IMG/VR virus record: IMGVR_UViG_3300023174_000077
Coordinates: 1 to 64,000 of that record
Length of the DNA stretch: 64,000 nt
Strand: one strand, 5' to 3'
Source: a virus
In this document: one piece after another, positions 29,173 to 39,679 of the stretch
How the letters are laid out: each line of letters begins with the position of its first letter
How positions within the stretch are numbered: the stretch's first letter is position 1
Notes under the pieces: model-generated
The model's database searches: none
What the model saw: the letters and a program-made list of their open reading frames with translations, nothing else
Told to the model about the DNA's origin: nothing
Position numbers and translations under genes: made by a program

Positions 29173-31086
29173 TTAATTTTTTACAATTTTAGCGGTTGCT
29201 AAATTGTTATTTGCATTATATGATGTAATATAAACACCATTACTTAAATTTTGTATATTATCGGTTAAAGTGTATTTACCTGTTTCCATATTTTTATCTA
29301 CAATCATTTTAACTATATTACCTGATAAATCAGTTACATATAATTTTACTAAACCAGATTCTCTTACTTCAAATTTAATGTTTATTTCACCTGTTGTTGG
29401 GTTTGGATAAACTACTAAATATTGCGGAGATTGATTAGTACCTTTTTGTTGATAAACAATTAGAATACCATTTGTTGCACCTATATTTAAATCACTATAA
29501 GTAGAATTGCCACAAAATTTTCTTGTTGTATAAAGTGGAGATGAAGCCCATTCTGATTGTGGTTTTAATGCTTTGAAAGCAAGTGTAAATGGTTTGTAAT
29601 CATTTGAAAATAAATAATCTTTATTAGCTGATGGATCATATCCACCCCATTCTATTACACCATCCATTGGATTAACAAATGATAACCAAGACATAGCTTT
29701 ATCAGAATTATTTATACCTTTAAATTGTAGAAGATTTGGATCATACATTAAAGATAATTGTAAAGCAGATATATTTTCAGTTGTGTTTTTAATTGTAATT
29801 GGTATATTTAATTCTTGATTTTCATCAACAATTAAAGAAGGCATATTAATTTCAACACTGTTTGCTGGAAAATCATATTGAACTTGCATATCAATTACAT
29901 TTTCTGTAGCAGCTGGTGTTCCTGCAGGTGGGTTAGTAACAATAGAAATTGGAGTCACACGAGCCATGTGGTAACCTGTTCCGTTAGCATCACCCGGAGT
30001 ACAAACATAATAAGTTACAGAGTCAGGTTGTCCTGGAAGTATATTAAATGTAAAATTTGTATTACCTGGAATAGTTGTTGTAAAGTTTGTATTAGGTGTT
30101 GAATTAATTGTATTGTATTCAGCTTCGGTAAAGAATAAAACATCTTTTACATTATTAGGCCAAGATGTAAATCTACCTGCAATTCTTCCGAATACGCCAT
30201 AAGCATCCGTAATTGTTACATTATGTGAATTATTAATATCCGCTGTATAGAAATCAAATTTTTGTGGATTTGCTGTACCTAATACCCATTGGTTAATTAA
30301 CGCAGCATCTGCTGTTGTAATTAAATTACCAACATTCATAGTATCACCTTTGATATTTAAACGAACATCATAATAGGTGGTGTCAATAATTTCATTAAAA
30401 GAAAATTTGCCATTTATGTCAGTTACATAAGTGTTATGTGTAGTCCAGTTACCTGAATTTTTAATTTTCTTTTCAAGAGAAAGAGTTAAGTATTTAGCGG
30501 GTGTTCCGGTAACATTTACAAATCTACCATGATAGTTAAGACGTGGACGATAAAAAGCACCACCATAACTATAAACACTCAATACGGTATCTAAACCAGT
30601 TTGAGAAGCCGCATATTTAGGGAATGGAGACGCTCCTGTCCATTTTAATGAATCTATACCTGTAAGAGCATAGAAAGCATTAGAAGAAACGTGTGTAAAA
30701 GTAATTTCAAAAGTTTGTCCATCTGGAAGTGTATAAGTAGAAGAGTTACCTGTATACACTAATGATATAGTTACAAAACCATTTGAGTTACTATCTACTG
30801 ATTGTAATAAAAGATTTGTTGGAGTTCCAACTAAAGCAACTGTAGCTGCTGAGAACGCTGCTTTATCGTAATAAACTCTAAACTGAACACCCGTATATTT
30901 AGTTGTTGTTGTGTTTTTAAGAGTTAAACGTGCTTTGGTGATACCAAGTGTAGCACTACCTACTACATATTGTGTATCGATTAATGCCCAGATACCTGAT
31001 GCTGGCGCTGGCGGACCTGATTGTCCAAATGTTATTACTGGTAAACAGAAAAGTAATAACATTAAAAGTCTTTTTAATGTTTTCAT
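29173..31086 (-). CDS. Cohesin-dockerin-cohesin protein with a type IX secretion (type A) C-terminal domain
   Basis: Signal peptide; GVQFRVYYD and ALQLSLMYDP cohesin motifs; ADINNSHNVTITDA; VYPNP...DLSG...LSNGVY...KIVK. Confidence 0.8.
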   Translation of the reverse strand: MKTLKRLLMLLLFCLPVITFGQSGPPAPASGIWALIDTQYVVGSATLGITKARLTLKNTTTTKYTGVQFRVYYDKAAFSAATVALVGTPTNLLLQSVDSNSNGFVTISLVYTGNSSTYTLPDGQTFEITFTHVSSNAFYALTGIDSLKWTGASPFPKYAASQTGLDTVLSVYSYGGAFYRPRLNYHGRFVNVTGTPAKYLTLSLEKKIKNSGNWTTHNTYVTDINGKFSFNEIIDTTYYDVRLNIKGDTMNVGNLITTADAALINQWVLGTANPQKFDFYTADINNSHNVTITDAYGVFGRIAGRFTSWPNNVKDVLFFTEAEYNTINSTPNTNFTTTIPGNTNFTFNILPGQPDSVTYYVCTPGDANGTGYHMARVTPISIVTNPPAGTPAATENVIDMQVQYDFPANSVEINMPSLIVDENQELNIPITIKNTTENISALQLSLMYDPNLLQFKGINNSDKAMSWLSFVNPMDGVIEWGGYDPSANKDYLFSNDYKPFTLAFKALKPQSEWASSPLYTTRKFCGNSTYSDLNIGATNGILIVYQQKGTNQSPQYLVVYPNPTTGEINIKFEVRESGLVKLYVTDLSGNIVKMIVDKNMETGKYTLTDNIQNLSNGVYITSYNANNNLATAKIVKN

Positions 31087-31171
31087 GTGTTTTTGGTTTT
31101 TTTATTTTTGGTTACATTTTATATATCAAAACTAAAAAACCAAATTTTTTATTAAAACCACAAAACACTTA

Positions 31172-31864
31172 CTAATTATTAAATTTTAGATTAGTTAATT
31201 TTTCCACCGCTTCTTTAGTAGTTTTCCATTTATCTAATCCAATTGGTTTATCTGTTGAATTATTAAAAATATAACATTCAAATGTTTTTGTTTTTACAAT
31301 ATAAATAACTTTCCAACATTTTTCAGGAATAGTTAATCCAGATACTACCATTAAACTTCCTATTGAACCACACCAAACATGAACTGAATCATTTTGTATA
31401 GCAAGTTCTCTGGTTCTTTCTTCTAATTTTTTCCAATCACCAGCATTTAAACTATGATATTGTGGTGTCATATTAGAAAAGTAAAAACATTCTGTAAGCA
31501 TTTTTTCTGCTGGAATTTTTATTCCATTTTTAGTAAAAGGACATTCATTATCTGCCGCTGGTGACATGTGTCCTCTATCAAATCCTTTTCTATTTGCATC
31601 TTTTTCAGTTTTGTTAGCAGCATCATAATTTTTTTGTATATTAGTTTGTTTTACTAAATCTGGATCTGGAGCAAATTGATCTTTCCTAGGAATTTGATTA
31701 CAACCACATCTTTCTTTTGTGTCCCACCATTCTACTAATATAGGATATTTTAGAATAGTATCAAATACTGAAATATAACCATTGTGTTCTAATTTAACAC
31801 AATTAGTTTGTGCCTTAATAAAAAATGGCATAAATAAAATTAATAATAAAAGTATGTTTTTCAT
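31172..31864 (-). CDS. Exported DNA/RNA non-specific endonuclease (NucA/EndG family)
   Basis: Signal peptide; FDRGHM, SNMTPQ..LN...W..LE motifs. Confidence 0.9.
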   Translation of the reverse strand: MKNILLLLILFMPFFIKAQTNCVKLEHNGYISVFDTILKYPILVEWWDTKERCGCNQIPRKDQFAPDPDLVKQTNIQKNYDAANKTEKDANRKGFDRGHMSPAADNECPFTKNGIKIPAEKMLTECFYFSNMTPQYHSLNAGDWKKLEERTRELAIQNDSVHVWCGSIGSLMVVSGLTIPEKCWKVIYIVKTKTFECYIFNNSTDKPIGLDKWKTTKEAVEKLTNLKFNN

Positions 31865-31957
31865 ACTTTATATATCATGTTTCAAAATCGATTTTAAATA
31901 TCATTTTAGACAAATTTAGACACAAAAAAGCAGTTAGATACTTCTAACTGCTTTTTT

Positions 31958-32200
31958 TTAATTTTGTATTTGGTGCTGTTTTAATTCGTTTAAAAGAGCA
32001 TCTTTTAGAAATAATCTATGTACTCGCAATTGCTTAAGTTCATCATCGGTATAAACTTCATTTGTTTCTATTCTAGAAATTGATTTATTAACTGAATGAT
32101 ATTCGTCAAATAATTTTTTGAAATGGTTATTGCTCATTTTAAGTTCATGAATCAATTCGTCATATTCAGGAAATTCGTGGTGTAAATCGTGTTTTTCCAT
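31958..32200 (-). CDS. DUF465/YdcH-family protein
   Basis: HDLHHEFPEY..LIHELK..N.HF.KLFDEYH...RL.LKD. Confidence 0.8.
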   Translation of the reverse strand: MEKHDLHHEFPEYDELIHELKMSNNHFKKLFDEYHSVNKSISRIETNEVYTDDELKQLRVHRLFLKDALLNELKQHQIQN

Positions 32201-32240
32201 ATTTTAGTTTTTATTTTATATTAATAAATAATTAATTGGT

Positions 32241-32447
32241 TTATTCGTTTATAAAGTTGTTATTTTTGTCAAAAAATTTTTCAAATTCTAGTTCAATTAA
32301 TTCTAATGCTTTTGATGTTGTATCTACATACCAAAGTAATTTTGTTTTAAAATTAACTGCGAATGTTAAATTGCTTCCGTCATAAATGTTTTTAATCGTT
32401 AGATAATTTAATTCTTGTTTTCGTTCCGTTTCCGAATCTGATTTCAT
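32241..32447 (-). CDS. Hypothetical protein
   Basis: ORF track; overlaps the stop of the upstream gene. Confidence 0.55.
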   Translation of the reverse strand: MKSDSETERKQELNYLTIKNIYDGSNLTFAVNFKTKLLWYVDTTSKALELIELEFEKFFDKNNNFINE

Positions 32448-33268
32448 ATATTTTTTATATTTTTTGTCGGTAAATTATCCCAATTTATTTTGGTACAAGC
32501 ATTACATAATTTTTCCAAAAATGTAATGTTTTGATATTCATGAGTCGTATGCTCATTAAAATAACCTACCGATATATTAGTACATTCTTTAATTACACCC
32601 ATAAAATTGGCTGAATCAGTAAATATACCAGTATCATCTTTTTTATATTTTAATCCTTGTTGTTTAAATGCTAAACATAAAGAATCTGCAAATTTATCGC
32701 TACAGCAAGATTCAAACATTTGATGTGTTATAATTGAATTATAACCTCTTCTGTCAAATGATATACATCTTTGTATTTCATTTATATTTTGATGTCCATT
32801 TATTGCTAAATCTGACGAACCAATTCCACCAATTTCTTCTCCTACAAAGAAATAATAAAGTCCAGGTACATTATGCTCAATCATATAAAGCATGATAGTC
32901 ACACCTGCTTTATCATCAGCACCAAGTATAGAAGTTCCATCTGTTGAAACAAATAAATTATTATTTTCAATATATTTTACTAAATTGGTTTTTTGATGAT
33001 TTTTGGTAAAAGAGTCGAAATGTGAAGTGAACATGGTATTTGATTCTCCTATTTTTAAGAAATAATTACCATATTCATCTTCTTTTAAATCGTGATTAAT
33101 CCATTTTAATACTTCTGCTTCAGTTCCGTGTGGATATGTCTCTTGTGTAAGAGAGCAAAATGTATAAAATACATCTTTTGGATTATAACTAAAATTTTCG
33201 TAAATTTTTGTATTTACAGATTCTTTAATTAAAGGTTTATATTTACAAAAATTATTTAAATATTTCAT
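32444..33268 (-). CDS. M28/M20-like zinc peptidase
   Basis: SHFD, GADDKAG, GEE.G, FDRRG and NISVGY.NEHT motifs. Confidence 0.8.
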   Translation of the reverse strand: MKYLNNFCKYKPLIKESVNTKIYENFSYNPKDVFYTFCSLTQETYPHGTEAEVLKWINHDLKEDEYGNYFLKIGESNTMFTSHFDSFTKNHQKTNLVKYIENNNLFVSTDGTSILGADDKAGVTIMLYMIEHNVPGLYYFFVGEEIGGIGSSDLAINGHQNINEIQRCISFDRRGYNSIITHQMFESCCSDKFADSLCLAFKQQGLKYKKDDTGIFTDSANFMGVIKECTNISVGYFNEHTTHEYQNITFLEKLCNACTKINWDNLPTKNIKNI

Positions 33269-33293
33269 ATTATTTATATATTAATTCCATATA

Positions 33294-33557
33294 TTATAAC
33301 ATATCAGCATAAGATGCTTTAATTTCCAAGTATTCAACAAATAAATCAAACATATCTAAATAAATATCATAAATTTCATCTGCTAAATCTTCGCAAGATT
33401 GACCTGTTTTTTCTGATAATCTATCCAAATCATCTGATAATTCTTGTAATTCTTCATAGCATTCATATATTTTTTCTGGTAAATTTCGATTATATATAAC
33501 CATTTGTGATAATTCACCTAAAATATTTTGAACCGTATAATGTAAATTTCTAGACAT
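33294..33557 (-). CDS. Hypothetical acidic protein
   Basis: ORF track, in an operon. Confidence 0.6.
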   Translation of the reverse strand: MSRNLHYTVQNILGELSQMVIYNRNLPEKIYECYEELQELSDDLDRLSEKTGQSCEDLADEIYDIYLDMFDLFVEYLEIKASYADML

Positions 33558-33903
33558 TTAATAATTTATATTGATATTGTTGGTATTTATTATTTAATCT
33601 ATCATAAACAGAACTATCCCAGCATTCTAATTTAGACCATTCTTCTTTAGTAATTGATTTAATTGGATAGGGTTCTTTTGTTACTTCTACTAAAACTTTT
33701 TTTGAACCATTAAAAAATAAAATTACATCACCTACTTTAATATCTATTTTGTTATATTGTTTAGACATATCTCTACTTGTGCCAGTTCTATATCCTTCAA
33801 TAACTAGATCTATGCATGTTTTTCCTTTAAATTCTGGCAGCATTTGTCTACCACCATCTCCGTCTTGAAACCACATAGGTATTCGATGATTAATTATTTG
33901 CAT
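33550..33903 (-). CDS. ASCH/PUA-like domain protein
   Basis: IDLVIEGYRTGTSR...KVGDVILF...W...E.W. Confidence 0.6.
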   Translation of the reverse strand: MQIINHRIPMWFQDGDGGRQMLPEFKGKTCIDLVIEGYRTGTSRDMSKQYNKIDIKVGDVILFFNGSKKVLVEVTKEPYPIKSITKEEWSKLECWDSSVYDRLNNKYQQYQYKLLNV

Positions 33904-34580
33904 AATTCAGAAAAATTAGTTAATTTTTCAAATTGATCCCAAGTTATTAATTCGTCTGAATATTCGTTTTGTAAGAGTGTGTTTTTAATTTTTTGTGTTT
34001 TATGTTTATCATCAACAAAAAATCTTGGTTCTTCAATCCATTCTTTTGTTGTTTTCATTTCACCTAAATATTCACCACAATTATCACATACATGACCTTG
34101 TTCAATATGACCTGGTGCCCACATATAATTTTTTATAGCATGATTTTTATGCGGACATTTTTTACGAATTTCTGCTAATTCATTTTTAGCATCTTCAATT
34201 TGTTTATACAATTCTTGAACTCTTTGATTAGGATTAGGTTGTTCCATTTCAATTTCAAGCAGTTCTTTAATTTTCGTTTTTAATTTACAATCTATATCAC
34301 CACCTTCTAAAAATTCTGGTAAGTTGATTTGTATAGAACCATCTTTTCTTATGATTATTGAAGATTCTTCTCTTTCTGTCATAAATGTTCCCCAATTATT
34401 ATACCATACTTTAAATGTTATTTTTATACCATCTTCGTATGTATCATATGGTTCTGTATAATTTTGTGACATATTTGTTTTTATGGAAACATCTTCAATG
34501 TAATCACCATTTCCATATTCATCACCTAATTCTTCGAATGTTTTAATTAACCATTCTGCTGTTATATTTTGCAAATTCAT
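33894..34580 (-). CDS. Hypothetical protein with a C-terminal Zn-ribbon-like motif
   Basis: CPH...CDNCG; probable ATG at 34580. Confidence 0.6.
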   Translation of the reverse strand: MNLQNITAEWLIKTFEELGDEYGNGDYIEDVSIKTNMSQNYTEPYDTYEDGIKITFKVWYNNWGTFMTEREESSIIIRKDGSIQINLPEFLEGGDIDCKLKTKIKELLEIEMEQPNPNQRVQELYKQIEDAKNELAEIRKKCPHKNHAIKNYMWAPGHIEQGHVCDNCGEYLGEMKTTKEWIEEPRFFVDDKHKTQKIKNTLLQNEYSDELITWDQFEKLTNFSELCK

Positions 34581-34590
34581 TATATTGTTT

Positions 34591-35175
34591 TTAGTTTGAA
34601 ATTTTACTTTCTTTAACAATTACTTTATTATCCTCAACTATAATTACCCCGACATCATCACTCTCTTCTCCTTCCCATTCAATTTTTCCATTTAATAGAA
34701 TACCCCATGGTTGGAAAAAATGTTTAATCATATATTGCAACCATTCAGTATAGTAGTAAAATTTTTCACCACCATCCCATTCTAAAAAATTGCCATCTTC
34801 TGTAAGAACCCATTGACACCAAAGACCAGGTTGACAAAGACCTTCTCTGATTTGTTGTGTAAGCTTTTTCCAATCATCGAAATTTTGACCTGGTGCAGAA
34901 TTGTAATCAATAATAGATGTATCATTGGTTTGACCACTTTTTCCATCATCCATAGCAAAATACTCTCCTTCATTTCCGTATATTTGTTCTGGTGTAAGAC
35001 TATCTATTGAATCATTATGTGGATATCCATGTTTACCATTATATAGTTCCATTAATTTAGATACATCTCTTCGCATTTTTCTCGTTCCGGAAAATGTATT
35101 GATATATTGTTTTTCTATTTCGGTAGCTGTTCTACTTAATTCTAATTTACCGTGAAAATCTGTTGTATAGCCCAT
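34591..35175 (-). CDS. Conserved phage hypothetical protein (MGYTTDF...PGLWCQW...WDGGEKFY.Y.EWL)
   Basis: Recognisable phage family motif; host-type promoter upstream. Confidence 0.75.
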   Translation of the reverse strand: MGYTTDFHGKLELSRTATEIEKQYINTFSGTRKMRRDVSKLMELYNGKHGYPHNDSIDSLTPEQIYGNEGEYFAMDDGKSGQTNDTSIIDYNSAPGQNFDDWKKLTQQIREGLCQPGLWCQWVLTEDGNFLEWDGGEKFYYYTEWLQYMIKHFFQPWGILLNGKIEWEGEESDDVGVIIVEDNKVIVKESKISN

Positions 35176-35312
35176 AATTTTTTTTATTTATACAAATATA
35201 CGAAAAAAAGTTGACATTAACAAAAAGAAATAAATTATTTTTTTGTTAATGTCAATTTAGATAATAATCTTATCGAAGATCGGCAACATCATGATATATA
35301 TAATACTTATTA

Positions 35313-35714
35313 TTAATATACTAAATCTCGCCAGTATGAATCTGATATATCTATTACTTTTACATTTGGATTATATTTTTGTATACTTTCTGCTTCTTGT
35401 GGTGTATTTTCAAAATGAACTTGAATTCCTAATTCCGCTATTTTAGCATGTTTAAATAACCTATCTGTAAAATATATTTTATCAACACCAAGATAGTTAG
35501 CTAATTTGAAAACAGGTATTTCTTCACCCATACCTGAATTTGGTGCATATCTTTTCGTAATAATACAAACATCTTTTCCTTGTTGAATTAAATACTTACA
35601 AATTGCTTGTATTTCTTCTTTATCTGGATTTGGTGTATTATCATATTCATCGGTTAAAGTTCCGTCAAAATCAAATGATATTTTATTTTGATTAATCTGT
35701 GGTTTATATTTCAT
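35313..35714 (-). CDS. HAD-superfamily protein
   Basis: ISFDFDGTL and IITKR motifs. Confidence 0.75.
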   Translation of the reverse strand: MKYKPQINQNKISFDFDGTLTDEYDNTPNPDKEEIQAICKYLIQQGKDVCIITKRYAPNSGMGEEIPVFKLANYLGVDKIYFTDRLFKHAKIAELGIQVHFENTPQEAESIQKYNPNVKVIDISDSYWRDLVY

Positions 35715-35724
35715 GAAATATATA

Positions 35725-36933
35725 TTAAACATATTGTAGTTTTAGGGAGGATTCTTTAAATTCGCCTTCTTTAATTCCTAATTTAAAATTAGTAATACTT
35801 GTTAATTTACTTAAATTAGATTTTAATTCAGTTATATCAGATTCATATAATTTTTGATCAATTGTATATTTTATATTACCTTCTATTTGATCTAAACAAG
35901 TTATTACTATTGTATGTTTTTTATAAACATCATTTCCGTCTGGTATTCTATAAAAATTTCTATCACATTCAATTGCATAATTTATTAAATCTAAATCTAA
36001 AATAGATTTTCTAAAAATGCCCTGAAAGGAAGTATCAATATTTATTTCATGTTCATTATTTATTAATTTTGGCTCTGGTAAATCTCTATTAGACATAAAA
36101 CCTAAACCATGTCTTGTCTGATAAGCTCTTGTAATATAATAAACATTTGCTTCTGCCATATCTAAACCTAATTTATTAATTAAATTAAAAACATTTTTAG
36201 AAGTTGTATTTGATCTTGTAACATTTGGAAAGAAACCAAAATCCATATCTAAAAGAATACCTTGTGCTCCTTCGAATATAAAATGATCGTATTTATCATA
36301 ATCACAACTTGTTAAAAAATCATAATAATTAAATGTTAATTTATCTTTAGATAAAATACCATCTACAATTAATGTATCGATTGCATTGAACCAATCATCT
36401 AATATACCATTAGGTAATTCTATATTTCTATAATAATTTTTTATATTAGATAATTTTGCCTTCAAAATAGTTTTGTTAAAAATATCTTGAATGTATAATT
36501 TGTAATATGCTTCTTGTCTTTTTAAGGTTGTTCCAAATCCTACTCCAACTGAACCATGTTTATTTGCATTTTCTAAATCTATGTTAGCAAATACATCATA
36601 AGGAGTTGTTATTGGACAAAGTGGATCAAAATAAATATCAGGTTTTATGTTTAATTCTTTTAATTTATTCCATTCGTTTAACATAGCGATTGGATAAACT
36701 GTGCAGTATTCAGACCACAATGTAGTTACTCCTTGTAATGTTCCTGAGCCAAAAGAAGAAAATACATGGCGATTACCATTATGTAATACGGTATGTCCAG
36801 CCTGATGGCCGCCATTAAAACGGATTACTAATGGGGTTTCTTTATTATTTATTGATTGTGAGCAAAGCCAGTTCGTAAAAGAACCTTTACCTTCATCGCC
36901 AAATTGAAGACCCAATACGATTGAATATTTCAT
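35725..36933 (-). CDS. purA: Divergent adenylosuccinate synthetase-like ligase
   Basis: GDEGKG, RFNGG.QAGHT, EGAQG.LLD and TRAYQTRHG motifs; the canonical TTGR.RR loop is absent. Confidence 0.75.
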   Translation of the reverse strand: MKYSIVLGLQFGDEGKGSFTNWLCSQSINNKETPLVIRFNGGHQAGHTVLHNGNRHVFSSFGSGTLQGVTTLWSEYCTVYPIAMLNEWNKLKELNIKPDIYFDPLCPITTPYDVFANIDLENANKHGSVGVGFGTTLKRQEAYYKLYIQDIFNKTILKAKLSNIKNYYRNIELPNGILDDWFNAIDTLIVDGILSKDKLTFNYYDFLTSCDYDKYDHFIFEGAQGILLDMDFGFFPNVTRSNTTSKNVFNLINKLGLDMAEANVYYITRAYQTRHGLGFMSNRDLPEPKLINNEHEINIDTSFQGIFRKSILDLDLINYAIECDRNFYRIPDGNDVYKKHTIVITCLDQIEGNIKYTIDQKLYESDITELKSNLSKLTSITNFKLGIKEGEFKESSLKLQYV

Positions 36934-36937
36934 ATTT

Positions 36938-37123
36938 TTATAGTTTAATTATTTCGCAATCTATATTCCAATAAACATCTCTTATACCTTTATCAGAATA
37001 TGTTATTAATCCAAATCCATTTTCTCCATTTTCTGGTATTAAGTTTATCCCATATAAAATAGCAATGCCATCTGGTGTTTTTATCTCTTTTAATAAACTA
37101 TTTTTAGCTTCTTCTAATGTCAT
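36938..37123 (-). CDS. Hypothetical protein
   Basis: ORF track, in an operon. Confidence 0.55.
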   Translation of the reverse strand: MTLEEAKNSLLKEIKTPDGIAILYGINLIPENGENGFGLITYSDKGIRDVYWNIDCEIIKL

Positions 37124-37755
37124 TATTTCAATGTTTCTAAATATTCGTATATATTATCTCTTACCACCGAATCTGATAATCCCCAATGGAAAGCATCTTC
37201 TTTTAAATCTGACGGTAGAGATCTAAACAAAGTTTCTAATTCTTTAATAGTCATTTGTTTATCCAAAACTTCATAAACTGCATCGTGTAAGGAGTCCCAT
37301 TCACCATCTTCGTGAAACTTTTTGATTAATAGATCTTCGGCTGTTAATTCAACTTTGTTTTCAAATAACATTTCTCTTATACGATTCCAATCTACATAAG
37401 GTCTATCATCTTCGCCTTTTTCATTTTTTGTATTTGGATAAATAAGAGGGCAGCCAAGCGCAGCATCATCGATATAAAGATTTGCATAACATTTGTTGGA
37501 TTTAGTCCAAAACTTTTGTGATGGGTTTATTCCAACAGAATATAATGTGATGTCATTATCTTTGAACCAATTAATTGCATCTTGTAATTGTTCTCCATCT
37601 CTCATAGTAAATAAAATTAATTTATGTCCTAAATTAACTAATTCTTTTAGAACTGGAACTGCTCCAATATCTTTACCGACATTTGGATATTCATGTGTAA
37701 CACAAGTGCCATCAAAATCGACAGCAATTGTTAAATAATTATTTTTTTTCTTCAT
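37123..37755 (-). CDS. HAD-family phosphatase (BT0820-like) with an extra C-terminal domain
   Basis: IAVDFDGTCV, LILFTMR and YIDD motifs. Confidence 0.8.
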   Translation of the reverse strand: MKKKNNYLTIAVDFDGTCVTHEYPNVGKDIGAVPVLKELVNLGHKLILFTMRDGEQLQDAINWFKDNDITLYSVGINPSQKFWTKSNKCYANLYIDDAALGCPLIYPNTKNEKGEDDRPYVDWNRIREMLFENKVELTAEDLLIKKFHEDGEWDSLHDAVYEVLDKQMTIKELETLFRSLPSDLKEDAFHWGLSDSVVRDNIYEYLETLK

Positions 37756-37907
37756 AATATTTCCATTTATAGTTTCTTTAGATTTTACCAAATGTGAATG
37801 TCTATTATTTAGCTCAGTTAATCTAACATTATAACCATATTAAAAATTATACAATAATCTTCTTTTAAACCCGAAGATTTACCTTTTTTTTTTTACATTT
37901 AAATATA

Positions 37908-39236
37908 TTAATATCTATACATTTCAGGCTTATATGGTCCGTATTTCGGAACGCCTAAATATGTTGATTGCTCATCTGTAAGTTCGTCAAGAGTTACACC
38001 GATTTTAGCCAAGTGAAGACGAGCTACTTTTTCATCCAAATGTTTTGGTAAAACATATACTTTATTCTCGTAATTGCTGTGGTTGTTCCACAATTCAATT
38101 TGAGCCAAAGTTTGGTTGGTGAAAGAATTACTCATTACAAATGAAGGGTGACCAGTTGCACAACCAAGGTTAACTAAGCGACCTTCAGCTAAAAGAATAA
38201 TATCATTTCCATCAATGTTGTAGATATCAACTTGTGGTTTGATAGTGTCTTTAGTGTGACCATAATTTTCATTCAACCAAGCAACGTCGATTTCAATATC
38301 AAAGTGTCCGATGTTACAAACAATAGCCTTGTCTTTCATCAAACGGAAATGCTTTTCAGTTATCAAATCGCGACAACCTGAAGCAGTCACAATGATATCA
38401 GCTTCTTTAACAGCATCCACCATTTTCTTCACTTCGAAGCCATCCATAGCAGCTTGTAATGCACAGATTGGATCAATTTCAGTAACAATAACACGAGCAC
38501 CAGCACCACGTAATGACTCTGCAGAACCTTTTCCAACATCGCCATAACCACCAACAACAGCTACTTTACCAGCCATCATCACATCTGTTGCACGACGGAT
38601 TGAATCTACCAATGATTCTTTACAACCATATTTGTTGTCAAATTTAGATTTAGTAACAGAATCGTTTACGTTGATTGCAGGCATTGGTAAAGTGCCTTTT
38701 TGCATTCTTTCGTACAAACGGTGAACACCAGTTGTAGTTTCTTCGCTTAGACCTTTGATATGATGGATCAATTCAGTGTAATTGTCAAGAACCATGTTGG
38801 TCAAATCGCCACCATCATCCAAAATCATGTTCAACGGACGATCTTCAGAACCGAAGAAAAGTGTTTGTTCGATGCACCAATCTGCTTCAGCTTGAGTTTG
38901 TCCTTTCCAAGCGAAAACACCAATACCAGCAGCAGCAGTTGCAGCAGCAGCGTGGTCTTGAGTAGAAAAAATGTTGCAAGAACTCCAACGAACTTCAGCG
39001 CCAAGAGCCACTAAAGTTTCAATTAACACAGCAGTTTGGATTGTCATGTGCAAACAACCTGCAATTCGTGCACCTTTCAAAGGTTGTTGAGTGCCATATT
39101 CTTCACGAATAGCCATAAGACCTGGCATTTCTGCTTCGGCCAATTTGATTTCTTTGCGTCCCCATTCAGCAAGGCTCATATCTTTTACCTTATAAGGCAA
39201 TTGGATGTCAATTTGATTGCGAGTGATTGTATTCAT
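37908..39236 (-). CDS. ahcY: S-adenosylhomocysteine hydrolase
   Basis: [49 protein letters not shown] and GHPSFVMS motifs. Confidence 0.97.
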   Translation of the reverse strand: MNTITRNQIDIQLPYKVKDMSLAEWGRKEIKLAEAEMPGLMAIREEYGTQQPLKGARIAGCLHMTIQTAVLIETLVALGAEVRWSSCNIFSTQDHAAAATAAAGIGVFAWKGQTQAEADWCIEQTLFFGSEDRPLNMILDDGGDLTNMVLDNYTELIHHIKGLSEETTTGVHRLYERMQKGTLPMPAINVNDSVTKSKFDNKYGCKESLVDSIRRATDVMMAGKVAVVGGYGDVGKGSAESLRGAGARVIVTEIDPICALQAAMDGFEVKKMVDAVKEADIIVTASGCRDLITEKHFRLMKDKAIVCNIGHFDIEIDVAWLNENYGHTKDTIKPQVDIYNIDGNDIILLAEGRLVNLGCATGHPSFVMSNSFTNQTLAQIELWNNHSNYENKVYVLPKHLDEKVARLHLAKIGVTLDELTDEQSTYLGVPKYGPYKPEMYRY

Positions 39237-39379
39237 TTTGATTTATTTATGTTTTATTTAAAAGTTTGGTAAATAGAAATTGCTTGTCCTATGTATATTA
39301 ATATATATTCCAGTATACATATAATATATATCAAAAATGTACATGTTATACATCAAAATCGACAGCAATTGTTAAATAA

Positions 39380-39625
39380 TTATTTTTCTTCTTCGTATAA
39401 TTTAAAATGTTTTAAAAATGTTCCGCCTTTATCTGTATCTAATCCAAATCCAACAATTCTATATTCGTCAAACTTGACAGAATAACTATCACCAAATACA
39501 TTTCTAAAAAAAGTGCAGTCATATTTTTCCCCTTCCACGAACTCAAATGGACCACCATTTAAATTTTGTTCGACAGAATCGTCGATATGATACCATTTGG
39601 ATGATTTTATGCAAATAAATTTCAT
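39380..39625 (-). CDS. Hypothetical protein
   Basis: ORF track. Confidence 0.6.
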   Translation of the reverse strand: MKFICIKSSKWYHIDDSVEQNLNGGPFEFVEGEKYDCTFFRNVFGDSYSVKFDEYRIVGFGLDTDKGGTFLKHFKLYEEEK

Positions 39626-39679
39626 ATAAAATAAATAGTTCCAAGAATACCCCTTTCGAAGTATTCTTGGATGAGTTAA

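Noticed and set aside
35725-36933. PurZ (Z-genome) assignment
   Set aside because: It retains Asp in GDEGKG whereas PurZ has Ser, and no datZ/mazZ is visible in the window
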